A stretch of 64,000 nt of DNA from Flavobacteriales bacterium (GCA_052437175.1 JBQVOK010000004.1:183337-247336), one strand, 5' to 3'. Shown: positions 1 to 9,501, counted from the stretch's first letter. The notes: generated from the letters alone by a model not told the origin. Numbers and translations are program-made.

Positions 1-923
1 GCCACTTCCTCGATGCTCGGGTACTGCGGCAAGGCTGTTCTGCCCGGGCCTTTGCTCTGAGAAACAACGATTTCATCCAGCTGCTGGTCTTCTTTTTTCG
101 CTTTGGCGTTTTTTTCCTGATCGTTGTTGTACGCTTCGCTTTTCGTTCCCTTGTTGTTCCATTTGTAGTTTGTGGCGCCTTCTTTACTGCGCTGTACTTT
201 ATCGGCCTGCACAATGGTATTGGACGCGGAAGTTCTATATATGTTATCGGACACATACCCATTAAAGTCTGCTACCCGAACAGAGTCGGCCAGCTGCACT
301 TTTCTTTCTTCTTCGGGATAGAGTATTTTGCCGGCAGTGACAGGAACTCCGGCGCCATACCCGTACGAAATTTCGGGTTCGGCAGCGAGATCGGCATCAT
401 CTAAGGAACCGGCTACACGGAGTTCTGCGGCGTTCGTGCGGCGCAGGGTATCGGAGGATGCCGGCAGCATAGGGGCTGCTTCGCTGGCCTTCTGAACGCC
501 GGTGGTATTATCGTGTTTCTTAACCACGGCCACATCTTCGTGCATGCTTTGCTTGTTGGAATTCAGCAGGAAGAAGACCGAAACAACGGCTCCTATGGAA
601 ACAGCGGCTATGGCTGTGTATTTAAAGATCTGCATGCGCAGGGCAGAGCCGCCTGTTTTACCAGCAGCAGAGGACGAAGAACCGTTCGAAGAAGTGCCCT
701 GCGGGGCATGTGCGTCAAAATGGCTGAGCACGGCCGAACGCATGGCTTCCGGAAGAGCGGGCACAGGGTCAGGGTCGGGTACGATACTTTGTGCCAGGAA
801 ACGGAACGCCTGCTCATCGATGCCCTGTTCCCGCATAAAGGCCTTGTCTTCTGCACTGAGCTGTGCGAAGGAGCCTTTGCGGAGAAGGGCTTCGATACGT
901 TCTATGTTCTGTTCTTCATTCAC
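1..923 (-). CDS. Putative anti-sigma factor (transmembrane). N-terminal part only; the C-terminus runs past position 1. Probable GTG start at 921-923.
   Basis: Reverse-strand translation gives (V/M)NEEQNIERIEALLRKGSFAQLSAEDKAFMREQGIDEQ..., then a single TM helix (IFKYTAIAAVSIGAVVSVFFLL), then a long extracytoplasmic region. It lies 35 nt downstream of an ECF sigma factor on the same strand, the usual sigma/anti-sigma arrangement. The ORF track missed it because the frame has no ATG before an upstream TAA; GTG is the only plausible start. Confidence 0.55.
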   Translation of the reverse strand, partial: MNEEQNIERIEALLRKGSFAQLSAEDKAFMREQGIDEQAFRFLAQSIVPDPDPVPALPEAMRSAVLSHFDAHAPQGTSSNGSSSSAAGKTGGSALRMQIFKYTAIAAVSIGAVVSVFFLLNSNKQSMHEDVAVVKKHDNTTGVQKASEAAPMLPASSDTLRRTNAAELRVAGSLDDADLAAEPEISYGYGAGVPVTAGKILYPEEERKVQLADSVRVADFNGYVSDNIYRTSASNTIVQADKVQRSKEGATNYKWNNKGTKSEAYNNDQEKNAKAKKEDQQLDEIVVSQSKGPGRTALPQYPSIEEV

Positions 924-958
924 GGTTATTCGTATTTACACATGGCCGGTTTTTTGGT

Positions 959-1537
959 TCAATCAAACTGGAAATCTTTTACCTGTTCACTGATCTTTTT
1001 AATGGCATAGAACAGGCGCGATTTTACGGTGCCTTCGGAAACCTGCGTCACATCGGCTATTTCTTTCAGGCTGAGTTCTTCTTTATAGCGCAGCACAAAA
1101 ACGGTACGGTGTTCTTCGGACAGGGTACCGAGGGTCTGCTGCAGCTTACGTTCAAAATTAGCACTGTCTACCGTACGTTCGGGGTTCTCATAGCCGGTAT
1201 CGGCCAGGCTGCGGCTTACCCCGCTGTCGTCGGCATTTACGTGGTGCCGTATGCTTTGCTTGCGGTACTCATTCTTACACATGTTCGAGGCCAGGGTGTA
1301 TACCCAGGTGGAAAAACGGTACTGCGGGTTGAAAGCACCCGGTTTTTCGGCGATCTTCAGGAAGAGGTCCTGCGTAAAATCGGCTGCCACATCGTCGTTC
1401 TGCCAGAGCATTTTCCGGAAAAAACGGAAGATCCGTTCCGACCAGCGGTCATAAATAGCGGCAAAGGCCAGGCGGTCGCCCTGCGAGGCTTTCTGCATGA
1501 GCTCTTCATCGCTTATATCACTGCTGTAACGGGTCAT
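959..1537 (-). CDS. RNA polymerase ECF-type sigma-70 factor
   Basis: 192 aa with a sigma-70 region 2 (DFTQDLFLKIAEKPGAFNPQYRFSTWVYTLASNMCKNEYRK) and a region 4 helix-turn-helix (LSEEHRTVFVLRYKEELSLKEIADVTQVSEGTVKSRLFYAIKK). Confidence 0.9.
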   Translation of the reverse strand: MTRYSSDISDEELMQKASQGDRLAFAAIYDRWSERIFRFFRKMLWQNDDVAADFTQDLFLKIAEKPGAFNPQYRFSTWVYTLASNMCKNEYRKQSIRHHVNADDSGVSRSLADTGYENPERTVDSANFERKLQQTLGTLSEEHRTVFVLRYKEELSLKEIADVTQVSEGTVKSRLFYAIKKISEQVKDFQFD

Positions 1538-1641
1538 TGCTTCAGGTTACGAAGATAACAAAAAGAACCTATGTTCCATCTGCTTCCTGTACGAGGTACA
1601 AGGTATAACTGCGTTTTAAAAAAAGTAGTATCTTTAGTCGT

Positions 1642-2334
1642 ATGAATTTTCTGAAGGTAGTAGCACTGGCATTGGCCCCTGTACTGGCAGCGGTGGCCCT
1701 GATATACTGGAGAGATAAATGGGAAAAGGAACCTGTCAGACGCCTGGTATTCTGTTTCCTGGGCGGTATGCTCAGCTGTATACCCATCGTAATTATGGAA
1801 CTCACGGCCGACCTTATTTTCAATAAACCGCGCGAAGCCGGTATCGGTGGTATACTGGTCTCTGCCTTTATTTTTGTAGGCCTCATCGAAGAATTCTGGA
1901 AATGGGTGGTGGTGATCCTGCTGGCCTACCGCAGCAAGGACTTTAACGAACCCTACGACGGTATTACCTACTCCGTAATGGTTTCGCTGGGCTTTGCCTT
2001 CGTAGAGAACGTGCTGTACATCAATGCCGGGGGCGTACCTATTGCCGTACTGCGTATGTTCACGGCCATACCGGCACATACCGTGTTCGGCATCATCATG
2101 GGTTTTTACCTGGGCCTGGCCAAACACCGGGACCGCAGACGCAGCCTGCCGTTCGGACTTGCATTACTGATACCCGTACTGATGCACGGTGCCTATGATT
2201 TTGCTTTATTTGTAACAAATTCGGCATACGCCTGGATCGGAGCCGCGGTATCCCTGGTTCTCGGCATCTGGTTTTCGGTGCGTGCCATCCGGATCCACAA
2301 CCAGAATTCACCTTTTAACAAGGAAGAGGTATGA
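1642..2334 (+). CDS. prsW: PrsW-family intramembrane metalloprotease (anti-sigma factor site-1 protease family)
   Basis: 230 aa, polytopic membrane protein carrying the PrsW signature motifs EEFWKW and HGAYDF. Divergent from the ECF sigma/anti-sigma pair. Confidence 0.75.
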   Translation: MNFLKVVALALAPVLAAVALIYWRDKWEKEPVRRLVFCFLGGMLSCIPIVIMELTADLIFNKPREAGIGGILVSAFIFVGLIEEFWKWVVVILLAYRSKDFNEPYDGITYSVMVSLGFAFVENVLYINAGGVPIAVLRMFTAIPAHTVFGIIMGFYLGLAKHRDRRRSLPFGLALLIPVLMHGAYDFALFVTNSAYAWIGAAVSLVLGIWFSVRAIRIHNQNSPFNKEEV

Positions 2335-3380
2335 CATTTGCTGCCAAAAAAATGGGACTGCCGCCGGGAACCATCATTTCCCTGTCAGACGACCGGGGGC
2401 CGGTGCGCATTTCGTACATTAAATATTCAGAGAACGCACTCAGCGAACAGGTCTGCGGCTCCATCGAAGAGGTGTTTGCCCTGCGCGACAGCGGCGAAAC
2501 GGTGTGGGTAAATGTAGAAGGTACATCCGACATCAGCATTTTCGAAAAGATCGTGGAGGCCTACAGCATCGACCGACTGGTGGTGGAAGATATACTGGAC
2601 TGCGATACCCGGCCTAAATTCGAGGTGTTCGAAGGCTATGCCTTTGCGGTGGCTAAAATGCTGTACCGTGAACCCAGCGAGGGCTATGTGCTCGAAGAGC
2701 ATGTTTCTTTCCTGCTCATCGGCAATATGCTGTTTACCTTCCAGTTTAAGCACGGCGATGTGTTCGACAAGGTGCGCGACCGTATCCGCAGCTCCGGCGG
2801 CAGGATCCGGCAACGGAAGTCCGACTACCTGTTCTATGCCCTGCTCGACGTTATGATCGATAATTATTTCTGGGTGCTCGACCTGGTAGAAGAAAACATC
2901 ATCAGCACCGAAGATTCCATACTCAGCAATCCGGCCAAAGAGTCCCTGGGCGATATACGCCGCCTCAAAAAAGAGGCCCTGCTGCTGCGTAAGGCCGTTT
3001 TCCCGCTCAAGGAGGCCGTATTTCTTATGCTGCATGCCGAGGAGAAAGTGTTCGAAAAACGTACCCTCAAATACCTGAAAGAACTGCACGAACACATTGT
3101 ACAGGTGGCCGAAAATACGGAGAACGTGCGCGATATGGCCAACGGACTTATGGACGTGTACATCAGTACCTCCAATACGCGCCTGGGCAACATTACCAAG
3201 GTGCTTACCATTGTGTCGGCCGTGTTTATCCCGCTGAACCTGCTGGCGGGTATCTATGGCATGAACTTCGACGTGCTGCCGCTCAAGGACCATCCCTACG
3301 GTTTTACCATCGTGATCCTTGCCATGGTGCTGATTGCCGCCGTACTTTTCCTGTATTTCCGCTTTAAAAAATGGTTCTGA
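2331..3380 (+). CDS. corA: CorA-family Mg2+/Co2+ transporter
   Basis: 349 aa with two C-terminal TM helices and the diagnostic YGMNF (GMN) motif. The start overlaps the prsW stop by 4 nt (ATGA), indicating translational coupling. Confidence 0.9.
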   Translation: MTFAAKKMGLPPGTIISLSDDRGPVRISYIKYSENALSEQVCGSIEEVFALRDSGETVWVNVEGTSDISIFEKIVEAYSIDRLVVEDILDCDTRPKFEVFEGYAFAVAKMLYREPSEGYVLEEHVSFLLIGNMLFTFQFKHGDVFDKVRDRIRSSGGRIRQRKSDYLFYALLDVMIDNYFWVLDLVEENIISTEDSILSNPAKESLGDIRRLKKEALLLRKAVFPLKEAVFLMLHAEEKVFEKRTLKYLKELHEHIVQVAENTENVRDMANGLMDVYISTSNTRLGNITKVLTIVSAVFIPLNLLAGIYGMNFDVLPLKDHPYGFTIVILAMVLIAAVLFLYFRFKKWF

Positions 3381-3384
3381 CGCT

Positions 3385-3864
3385 ATGGACTTCACATTTT
3401 CCTTCATAACCCGCCTGGAGCTGCTCGAAAAAGAAGCGCACACCGGCCTGTACCTGCCCGAAGAGATCGTGGCCGTGCTGCCTAAAGGCCGCCTGCGTGC
3501 CCAGGGACTGCTCAACGGGGTTACGCCCTTTAACCTGGCCGTGCAGAGCGAACGCTCCGGCGCAAAATTCTTTATGGTAGGCGGTCCCCTGCGCAGGGAA
3601 GCCGGAATAAAACAGGGCGAGGAAGTGCACGTGCAGTTCAGCTGGATCGATACCGAACACCTCGATATCCCCGAAGAATTCCAGGCGGCCCTGGAGCAGG
3701 ACGATGAGGCCCGCGCCATATTTGAGACCTTTACCACAGGCAAAAAACGCGGCCTTATGAACTACATTACCAGCGTAAAGAATGTGGACAGCCGCATAAA
3801 ACGCTCCCTGGAACTGTTGTACAAGATCAAAACGCGGCAGCTTTATTCGGACCGCAGCAGGTAA
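3385..3864 (+). CDS. DUF1905 / YdeI-OmdA-like domain protein
   Basis: ORF 3334..3864. The likely start is the ATG at 3385 (MDFTFSFITRLELLEK...), which avoids overlap with corA. It has an N-terminal DUF1905-like region and a C-terminal YdeI/OmpD-associated-like basic region (KKRGLMNYITSVKNVDSRIKRSLELLYKIKTRQ). Confidence 0.6.
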   Translation: MDFTFSFITRLELLEKEAHTGLYLPEEIVAVLPKGRLRAQGLLNGVTPFNLAVQSERSGAKFFMVGGPLRREAGIKQGEEVHVQFSWIDTEHLDIPEEFQAALEQDDEARAIFETFTTGKKRGLMNYITSVKNVDSRIKRSLELLYKIKTRQLYSDRSR

Positions 3865-3988
3865 GGCCTGCTCCCCGAACCGCAGCACAGGCAAGCGGCC
3901 GGGAAAGCCGGTGTATGCTGTTGAACAAATCAGCTTTTTTACAGGTTTATGCAACTAAATTGGTTTTTGTGTTGTTCCTTAGTGCTGT

Positions 3989-5704
3989 ATGCAAAAGATC
4001 CCGGACTACCACGAAGCAGATGTAATCATTATAGGAGCAGGCATCGGAGGTCTTACCACAGCAGCTGTACTGGCCCGCAGTGGTAAAAGGGTCTGCGTGC
4101 TGGAAATGGATGCACGCCCGGGAGGCTACCTGGCCGGTTTTCAGCGTAAAGATTTCCGTTTTGATACGGCTATCCACTGGCTTAACCAGTGCGGCGAAGG
4201 AGGCCTGGTACACCGCATTTTCGAATGGCTGGGGAGCGATTTTCCGAGGGTAGCCGATCAGAAGATGATCCGCAGGTATAAGGGCGAATCGTTCGATTAT
4301 ATACTTACAAATAACCCGGATGAGCTCCGCGATACCTGGATACGGGAATTTCCTCACGAAAAAAAAGGTATCGAACGTTTTTTTGCCGATGCCCGCAAAC
4401 TGGGCAGGGCCTTTAAAAAAATGGGTACACAGTTCCGTTCTGCCGAAACCATGGGAACGCTCGCCCGGATGGGCTACGGACTTAGAATGCTTCAGTTCGG
4501 AATACCTTTTATGCGTTTCCTGAGGTACTCTGGCAATGAAGGGATACGCAAGGGACTTAACCGCTATTTTAAAGATCCGGACCTGCATAAAGTGTTCTGC
4601 TCGGAACCGGACCTGCTCTCGTGCCTGGTGCCTGTAGGCTGGGCCTATGGTTTTGATTACCAGTTGCCACCCCCGGGCGGGAGCCAGGTATTCCCCGAAT
4701 GGCTGGTGCATCTGCTGCAGGAACTGGGCGGACATGTCTTTTACCAGTGCCGTGCCGAACGTATATGCATCGAGTCGGGGCAGAGCCGGGGTGTAGAGTT
4801 CCTGCACCGCGGAAAAAAGTACAGGTATTCCTCCAGGTATGTAATTGCGGCCTGTGATGTGGAAACACTGTACGAAAAAATGCTGCCGCAGGGAACGATC
4901 CCGGACGCATTCCTGAAAAAGTTGAGATCGGCCTCCCTGTATGCCTCTTCGGTAACCGTTTCACTGGGCCTTAACTGTTGTCCTTCCCTGCTGGGTTTTG
5001 GAGAGGAACTGTTGTTTATATCGAAAGATAACCTGGCACGCAACAGCCATTCCGAAGGTCCGCCGGACCAGGTGGGCATCAGTGTGCTTGCGCCTTCGTT
5101 ACGCGACCCCTCGCTGGCACCGGAAGGTATGGGCACCTTAACGATGTATGCACCTGCCGACTTTGGCTACGCCGATTTCTGGCAGACGGAGGAGGGCACA
5201 GAGGGCGAACGCAAACGCACCGGGGCCTACGATGCCTTTAAGCAGCAATATGCCGCCATACTTATTGCCCGCGTAGAGGCGGCACTGGGAATACAACTAA
5301 CGCCGCATATCGTGTATTGCGATATAGCCACACCCATTACGCACTGGCGGTATACCGGGAACAAGAACGGCAGCATAATGGGGGCAAGACCCGGCTGGGA
5401 AAATATACGTGCCGGGATAGCGCATCATAAAACGCGTATCGGTAACCTGTATCTCAGCGGGCACTGGGCCGAACTGGGAGGCGGGGTACCCATTGCCGTA
5501 AAATCGGGCTTTAATGCGGCCCTGCTGGTCCTTAAGAAAGAAAAACACCCTGCCTGTGCAGCACTGTGCCGCTATGCCGATGGCAAAATGACCCTGGACC
5601 AGGCACAGCAGGCACCCGGACTAAAGCCCTATCTGAATACATTCAGGCCCGGCCTTACACCGGCCCTGCGTAAAATACAGCGAAGCGGGAACATTGGCGC
5701 TTAA
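3989..5704 (+). CDS. NAD(P)/FAD-dependent oxidoreductase, phytoene-desaturase (CrtI/CrtD/CrtN) superfamily
   Basis: 571 aa with an N-terminal Rossmann dinucleotide motif (DVIIIGAGIGGLTTAAVLARSGKRVCVLE) and CrtI-family architecture. Confidence 0.8.
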   Translation: MQKIPDYHEADVIIIGAGIGGLTTAAVLARSGKRVCVLEMDARPGGYLAGFQRKDFRFDTAIHWLNQCGEGGLVHRIFEWLGSDFPRVADQKMIRRYKGESFDYILTNNPDELRDTWIREFPHEKKGIERFFADARKLGRAFKKMGTQFRSAETMGTLARMGYGLRMLQFGIPFMRFLRYSGNEGIRKGLNRYFKDPDLHKVFCSEPDLLSCLVPVGWAYGFDYQLPPPGGSQVFPEWLVHLLQELGGHVFYQCRAERICIESGQSRGVEFLHRGKKYRYSSRYVIAACDVETLYEKMLPQGTIPDAFLKKLRSASLYASSVTVSLGLNCCPSLLGFGEELLFISKDNLARNSHSEGPPDQVGISVLAPSLRDPSLAPEGMGTLTMYAPADFGYADFWQTEEGTEGERKRTGAYDAFKQQYAAILIARVEAALGIQLTPHIVYCDIATPITHWRYTGNKNGSIMGARPGWENIRAGIAHHKTRIGNLYLSGHWAELGGGVPIAVKSGFNAALLVLKKEKHPACAALCRYADGKMTLDQAQQAPGLKPYLNTFRPGLTPALRKIQRSGNIGA

Positions 5705-5731
5705 GCTTCTTTTTGCGTTCTTTGTACCTTC

Positions 5732-6604
5732 ATGAAAGTAGTAGGCTTTACATTTATACGCAATGCGGTAAAGTACGATTATCCCGTGCGGGAGGCCATC
5801 CTGTCCATACTGCCGCTGTGCAGCGAGGTTATTGTGGCCGTGGGTAACTCCGACGACGGCACGCGCGAACTGGTGGAACAGATCGCTCCGGGACGGGTAC
5901 GTATCATTGATACCGTGTGGGACGACAGCCTGCGGGAAGGCGGGCGTGTGCTGGCACAGGAGACCGATAAGGCCTATGCCGCCGTACCCGAAGATGCTGA
6001 CTGGGCTTTTTACATCCAGGGCGATGAAGTACTGCCCGAAAGCGATGCACAGACCGTGCTTAACTTCATGCATACGTATAAGGATGATCAACGGGTGGAC
6101 GGACTGCTGTTCCGTTACCGGCATTTCTACGGATCTTACGATTACACCGGGTCCAGTTCTTCCTGGTACCGCAACGAGATACGGGTAGTGCGCAAACGCG
6201 CCGGTATCTATTCATACCGGGATGCACAGGGCTTTCGCAAGGACAACGACCAGAAGCTGAACGTAGTGGCTATGCCGGCCTACATACACCATTACGGCTG
6301 GGTAAAGGAACCCGCGGCCATGCAGCGCAAGCAGGAAAACTTTCATAAAATGTGGCACGACGATGCCTGGCTCGAAAAACACGTGGCCAAAGCCGAAGAA
6401 TTTGACTACAGCGGTATCGATCAGCTCAAAAGGTATACCGGAGCCCATCCCAGGGTAATGGAGGCGCGTATAGGGCGTAAAAACTGGAAATTCGACTATG
6501 ATATCGCCTTTAACCGTACCTCGTTTAAGGAAAGGGCCAAGAGTTTCCTGCGCAGGTACCTCGGGCTCGATTTCTCCTACCGGAACTACCGGCTTATAAA
6601 ATAA
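5732..6604 (+). CDS. Glycosyltransferase family 2-like protein (CruC/CrtQ-like candidate)
   Basis: 290 aa. GT-A features: an N-terminal beta-strand (VVGFTFIRNA), AVGNSDDGT, and a DxD-like QGDE. It sits 27 nt after the oxidoreductase and 36 nt before the CrtO-like gene. Confidence 0.55.
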   Translation: MKVVGFTFIRNAVKYDYPVREAILSILPLCSEVIVAVGNSDDGTRELVEQIAPGRVRIIDTVWDDSLREGGRVLAQETDKAYAAVPEDADWAFYIQGDEVLPESDAQTVLNFMHTYKDDQRVDGLLFRYRHFYGSYDYTGSSSSWYRNEIRVVRKRAGIYSYRDAQGFRKDNDQKLNVVAMPAYIHHYGWVKEPAAMQRKQENFHKMWHDDAWLEKHVAKAEEFDYSGIDQLKRYTGAHPRVMEARIGRKNWKFDYDIAFNRTSFKERAKSFLRRYLGLDFSYRNYRLIK

Positions 6605-6640
6605 GTTGAATTCAAGCACTTTCAGGATTTCTACATAACA

Positions 6641-7099
6641 ATGATCATCAAAGCTTTTACATTCGGCCTTTCCATAACCATTATTTCCTGGACGGCAGGT
6701 ATGCTTCTTACCGCATTCCTCAGGAATACGGCGTACTACAAACGAAGCAGCCTGAATTTTATAAAGAGCGAGGCCCTGAATAAAGCGATCGGCCTCGGTG
6801 CATTTAAGTGGATCGTAAAAAATACCTTCTTTAAGTACCTGAACCAGAAACTTCAGCTGAAAGGCAGCAGCGGTATGGGCCGGCTGCAGGAACTACGGAA
6901 CGAAATGACCTTTTCGGAAATAAGCCACCTGATCGGGTTTGTATTCGTAACGGTCTTTGCAGCCCTGAAACTCGCAGAGGGGCTCTACCTGCACGCCGCA
7001 GCCTGCATGATCATGAACATACCGCTGAACCTGTATCCGTCTTTATTGCAGCAGCAGAACAAACGGCAGATCGACCGGATAATACGCCGGCACCGCTGA
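6641..7099 (+). CDS. CrtO/CruD-like acyltransferase (glycosyl-4,4'-diaponeurosporenoate acyltransferase family)
   Basis: 152-aa membrane protein. It resembles S. aureus CrtO in size and layout, for example ISHLIGFVFVTVF and the C-terminal NLYPSLLQQQNKRQIDRIIRR versus CrtO ...VQRYNRPRL.... Confidence 0.6.
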   Translation: MIIKAFTFGLSITIISWTAGMLLTAFLRNTAYYKRSSLNFIKSEALNKAIGLGAFKWIVKNTFFKYLNQKLQLKGSSGMGRLQELRNEMTFSEISHLIGFVFVTVFAALKLAEGLYLHAAACMIMNIPLNLYPSLLQQQNKRQIDRIIRRHR

Positions 7100-7146
7100 G
7101 GAATTCCCCGCTCCATGTCCATGCCTCGTAAACAGTCCCTGCAGAA

Positions 7147-7180
7147 ATAAAAAAACCGCCTCCGTAGCGGAAGCGGTTTA
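7147..7180 (-). terminator. Rho-independent terminator (bidirectional hairpin), strongest for the minus-strand gene 7204..8196
   Basis: Hairpin aaaccgcctccgtagcggaagcggttt (7-bp perfect outer stem) followed on the minus strand by a T-run (window sequence ataaaaaaa). Confidence 0.7.
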
Positions 7181-7203
7181 CGTATGGTTTTATTCGTTAG
7201 GCC

Positions 7204-8196
7204 TTATTTGGCAACTACGAATTTTCCTTTGCTGATTTTACCGTCAACATTAATGCTGTATACGTAGATACCGTTGCTGAGGCTGCTCAGGTCCAGGTTA
7301 CGTGTGTAGGTACCGGCACCTTTAACGCCTTCGTTCAGGTTCATTACTACCTGTCCGGCCATATTGGTAACCTGCATGGTCACTTTACCGCCTTCGGTCA
7401 GGTTGTAGTTGATGGTAGCATTGGTAGAAGCCGGGTTCGGGAACAGGCTGAAGCTGTTTTCAGCTACGTTGTTGTCCAGGCCTACGGTTCCGTACTGGAG
7501 GCTTACCGCAGTGAGCAGGTCTGTATCCAGTCCCCATGCTGCAGAAATATAAGCAGGTGTACCGTCGTTCCAGATCTCGAAAGCTCCGTCGCCGCAGCCA
7601 TCTTCAAAAGAGTAAAGTACAACACCTGAAGTAATGGAATCGTTCGCGTTCAGTTTTACTACTTCGAAAGTTACTACGAAGGTAGAAGGAACCGAAACGG
7701 GTGAGGCAAACAGGAACGGAGTAGCGGCCGGACCATTGGGGCCGAATGTGGTGTCGATAGCGGAGATCGCAACCGGCAGACTGGTACCCAGCAGGGTAAC
7801 GGTAGTGTCGGTCGAGTTCAGGCTGTACACTTTGGCTACATAGTTATCCGTAGCTCCTGCAGGGGTCATTACTGCTTTAATGGCAAAGAACCCGATAGCA
7901 CCGGTTACGCTGGCACCCGGCAGGTTGGTAGTGAATACCTGACCTTTTTCGGCATCGGCGAATACGTTCACACCGGTGATGAAACCACCCGGCTGACCGC
8001 CCTGGTTAAAGGTGTATGTGGCCAGGTTTGAGCAGGCTGTGTCGCTTGCTGCACCCGGGAGCAATAAGGTATCGGCTTTGGCTGCGAATGTGTTGCCGAT
8101 GGTACGGCTGGTGGTGGAGGTAATGTTACTTACATTTCTCTGTGCAAAGGCACTAACACTTACAGCAATGGCTGCGATCGTAAAAATTTTCTTCAT
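7204..8196 (-). CDS. Secreted protein of unknown function with a T9SS C-terminal sorting domain
   Basis: 330 aa with a signal peptide (MKKIFTIAAIAVSVSAFAQ) and a C-terminal Por/T9SS CTD (LFPNPASTNATINYNL...NGIYVYSINVDGKISKGKFVVAK). Confidence 0.8.
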   Translation of the reverse strand: MKKIFTIAAIAVSVSAFAQRNVSNITSTTSRTIGNTFAAKADTLLLPGAASDTACSNLATYTFNQGGQPGGFITGVNVFADAEKGQVFTTNLPGASVTGAIGFFAIKAVMTPAGATDNYVAKVYSLNSTDTTVTLLGTSLPVAISAIDTTFGPNGPAATPFLFASPVSVPSTFVVTFEVVKLNANDSITSGVVLYSFEDGCGDGAFEIWNDGTPAYISAAWGLDTDLLTAVSLQYGTVGLDNNVAENSFSLFPNPASTNATINYNLTEGGKVTMQVTNMAGQVVMNLNEGVKGAGTYTRNLDLSSLSNGIYVYSINVDGKISKGKFVVAK

Positions 8197-8244
8197 TTTG
8201 TATATGTTGTTGTGTTAATAACACAAATATAAAGTTTCCTTCTG

Positions 8245-8275
8245 CAATCCCAAATTAAAAGGCATAAAAAAAGGC
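8245..8275 (-). terminator. Rho-independent terminator for gene 8317..9501
   Basis: Perfect hairpin aaggccggtgtgtaccggcctt flanked by an A-run and a T-run. Confidence 0.75.
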
Positions 8276-8316
8276 CGGTGTGTACCGGCCTTTTCGTTAT
8301 CGTAAGTTACGATAAA

Positions 8317-9501
8317 TTATTTGATCAGTTTTCCTGTTGTGCTCTGACCGTCGAGGATCAGGGTATAGAAATAGATACCGGCAGGATACTGGTTGAAGTC
8401 GATAGAACGAACGAATTTACCGTTGGTCAGTGAACCCAGGTTCATACGCTGCAGTTCTTTACCTGTGATATCGGTAATTTTCAGTTCGGCTTTCTCGATG
8501 TTTTTGTTAACGGCAAAGTTGATGTTTGCCATATCGGTTACCGGGTTCGGAGCGGCGTAGATGTAGTTCAGACCGGCAGCAGCGTGCTCTTCGATAGATA
8601 CGTTATCGGCCATAGTTACATAAGCCCACTGAGACCATGTCTGGTAGGGGTTTTCTGCAGCACCGTCAGCATCCTGGTTGTTGTTACAGTCATAGTACCA
8701 TACATAGTCACCGGCAGCGGTCGGAACCAGTACAGAGATCGCCGGAGGCAGAACTACTCTGTAGAAAGCAGACGGGTAGAAGAAAGATTCAAAGATACCG
8801 TCTGTGGTCAGACACTGTGAAGTACCATCTGTAGGATAAGATACAACGGGCATCAGGGTGTCACCGATCGGAGCGCGGTATTCCATACGGATAGCGAAAG
8901 CACCCTGGGCAGAAGCCGGCAGTGTGATGTTCGGCGTAAAGAACAGACGGGTAGTAGGGTAACCTGTACCTGAAGGCTGACCAGACAGGTCAACGTTTGT
9001 AACCAGGGTATCTCTCCAGTAGATATCAGAAGCGGTGGCCTCAACCGGACGACCGTTAGCGTCTACACGTACCAGGGAAACGAAGATAGAGTCGTTTACG
9101 TTAGATGGTGTGGAAGCACTTCTGAAGTGAGCTGTATTGATGAAGATACTGTCGATAGTCATGGAGGTGATGTTCGCGTTCGGTACCAGCTCAAAGTTTG
9201 TGTAGTCCGTAGTACGGGCAATTTGTTTGTAAACCTGGTAAGTAACCCCGAACTCGAAAGAGTCAGCAAAGTTGCGGTTCACAGGAGCCACGAATGTGCT
9301 GTTCGGGTTAGAAAGCAGGTAGCTGTCATAACCTTCGGCATCCACATAGTAAGAACCTGTTGCCTTATCAGAAACAGCGTATTTCTGAGTAGGAGCAACT
9401 CTGTACTTTAAATTAGGCATTGCAGATTGTGTTTGTACCTGGCTGTAGGCTGTAAATCCCAAAGAGGCGCCTAAGGCCAGAAATAGTAATCTTTTCTTCA
9501 T
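8317..9501 (-). CDS. Secreted protein of unknown function with a T9SS C-terminal sorting domain
   Basis: 394 aa with a signal peptide (MKKRLLFLALGASLGFTAYSQ) and a C-terminal T9SS CTD (YAAPNPVTDMANINFAV...AGIYFYTLILDGQSTTGKLIK). Confidence 0.8.
   Translation of the reverse strand: MKKRLLFLALGASLGFTAYSQVQTQSAMPNLKYRVAPTQKYAVSDKATGSYYVDAEGYDSYLLSNPNSTFVAPVNRNFADSFEFGVTYQVYKQIARTTDYTNFELVPNANITSMTIDSIFINTAHFRSASTPSNVNDSIFVSLVRVDANGRPVEATASDIYWRDTLVTNVDLSGQPSGTGYPTTRLFFTPNITLPASAQGAFAIRMEYRAPIGDTLMPVVSYPTDGTSQCLTTDGIFESFFYPSAFYRVVLPPAISVLVPTAAGDYVWYYDCNNNQDADGAAENPYQTWSQWAYVTMADNVSIEEHAAAGLNYIYAAPNPVTDMANINFAVNKNIEKAELKITDITGKELQRMNLGSLTNGKFVRSIDFNQYPAGIYFYTLILDGQSTTGKLIK

Noticed and set aside
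502-1558. Plus-strand ORFs 502..993, 513..1010, 863..1558 and minus-strand ORF 608..856
   Set aside because: They overlap the convincing minus-strand anti-sigma and ECF sigma genes. Their sequences are low-complexity or Cys/Arg-rich with no domain features.
3364-4807. Minus-strand ORFs 3364..3954 and 3947..4807
   Set aside because: They are antisense to the DUF1905 and FAD-oxidoreductase genes, which have clear motifs. No family resemblance.
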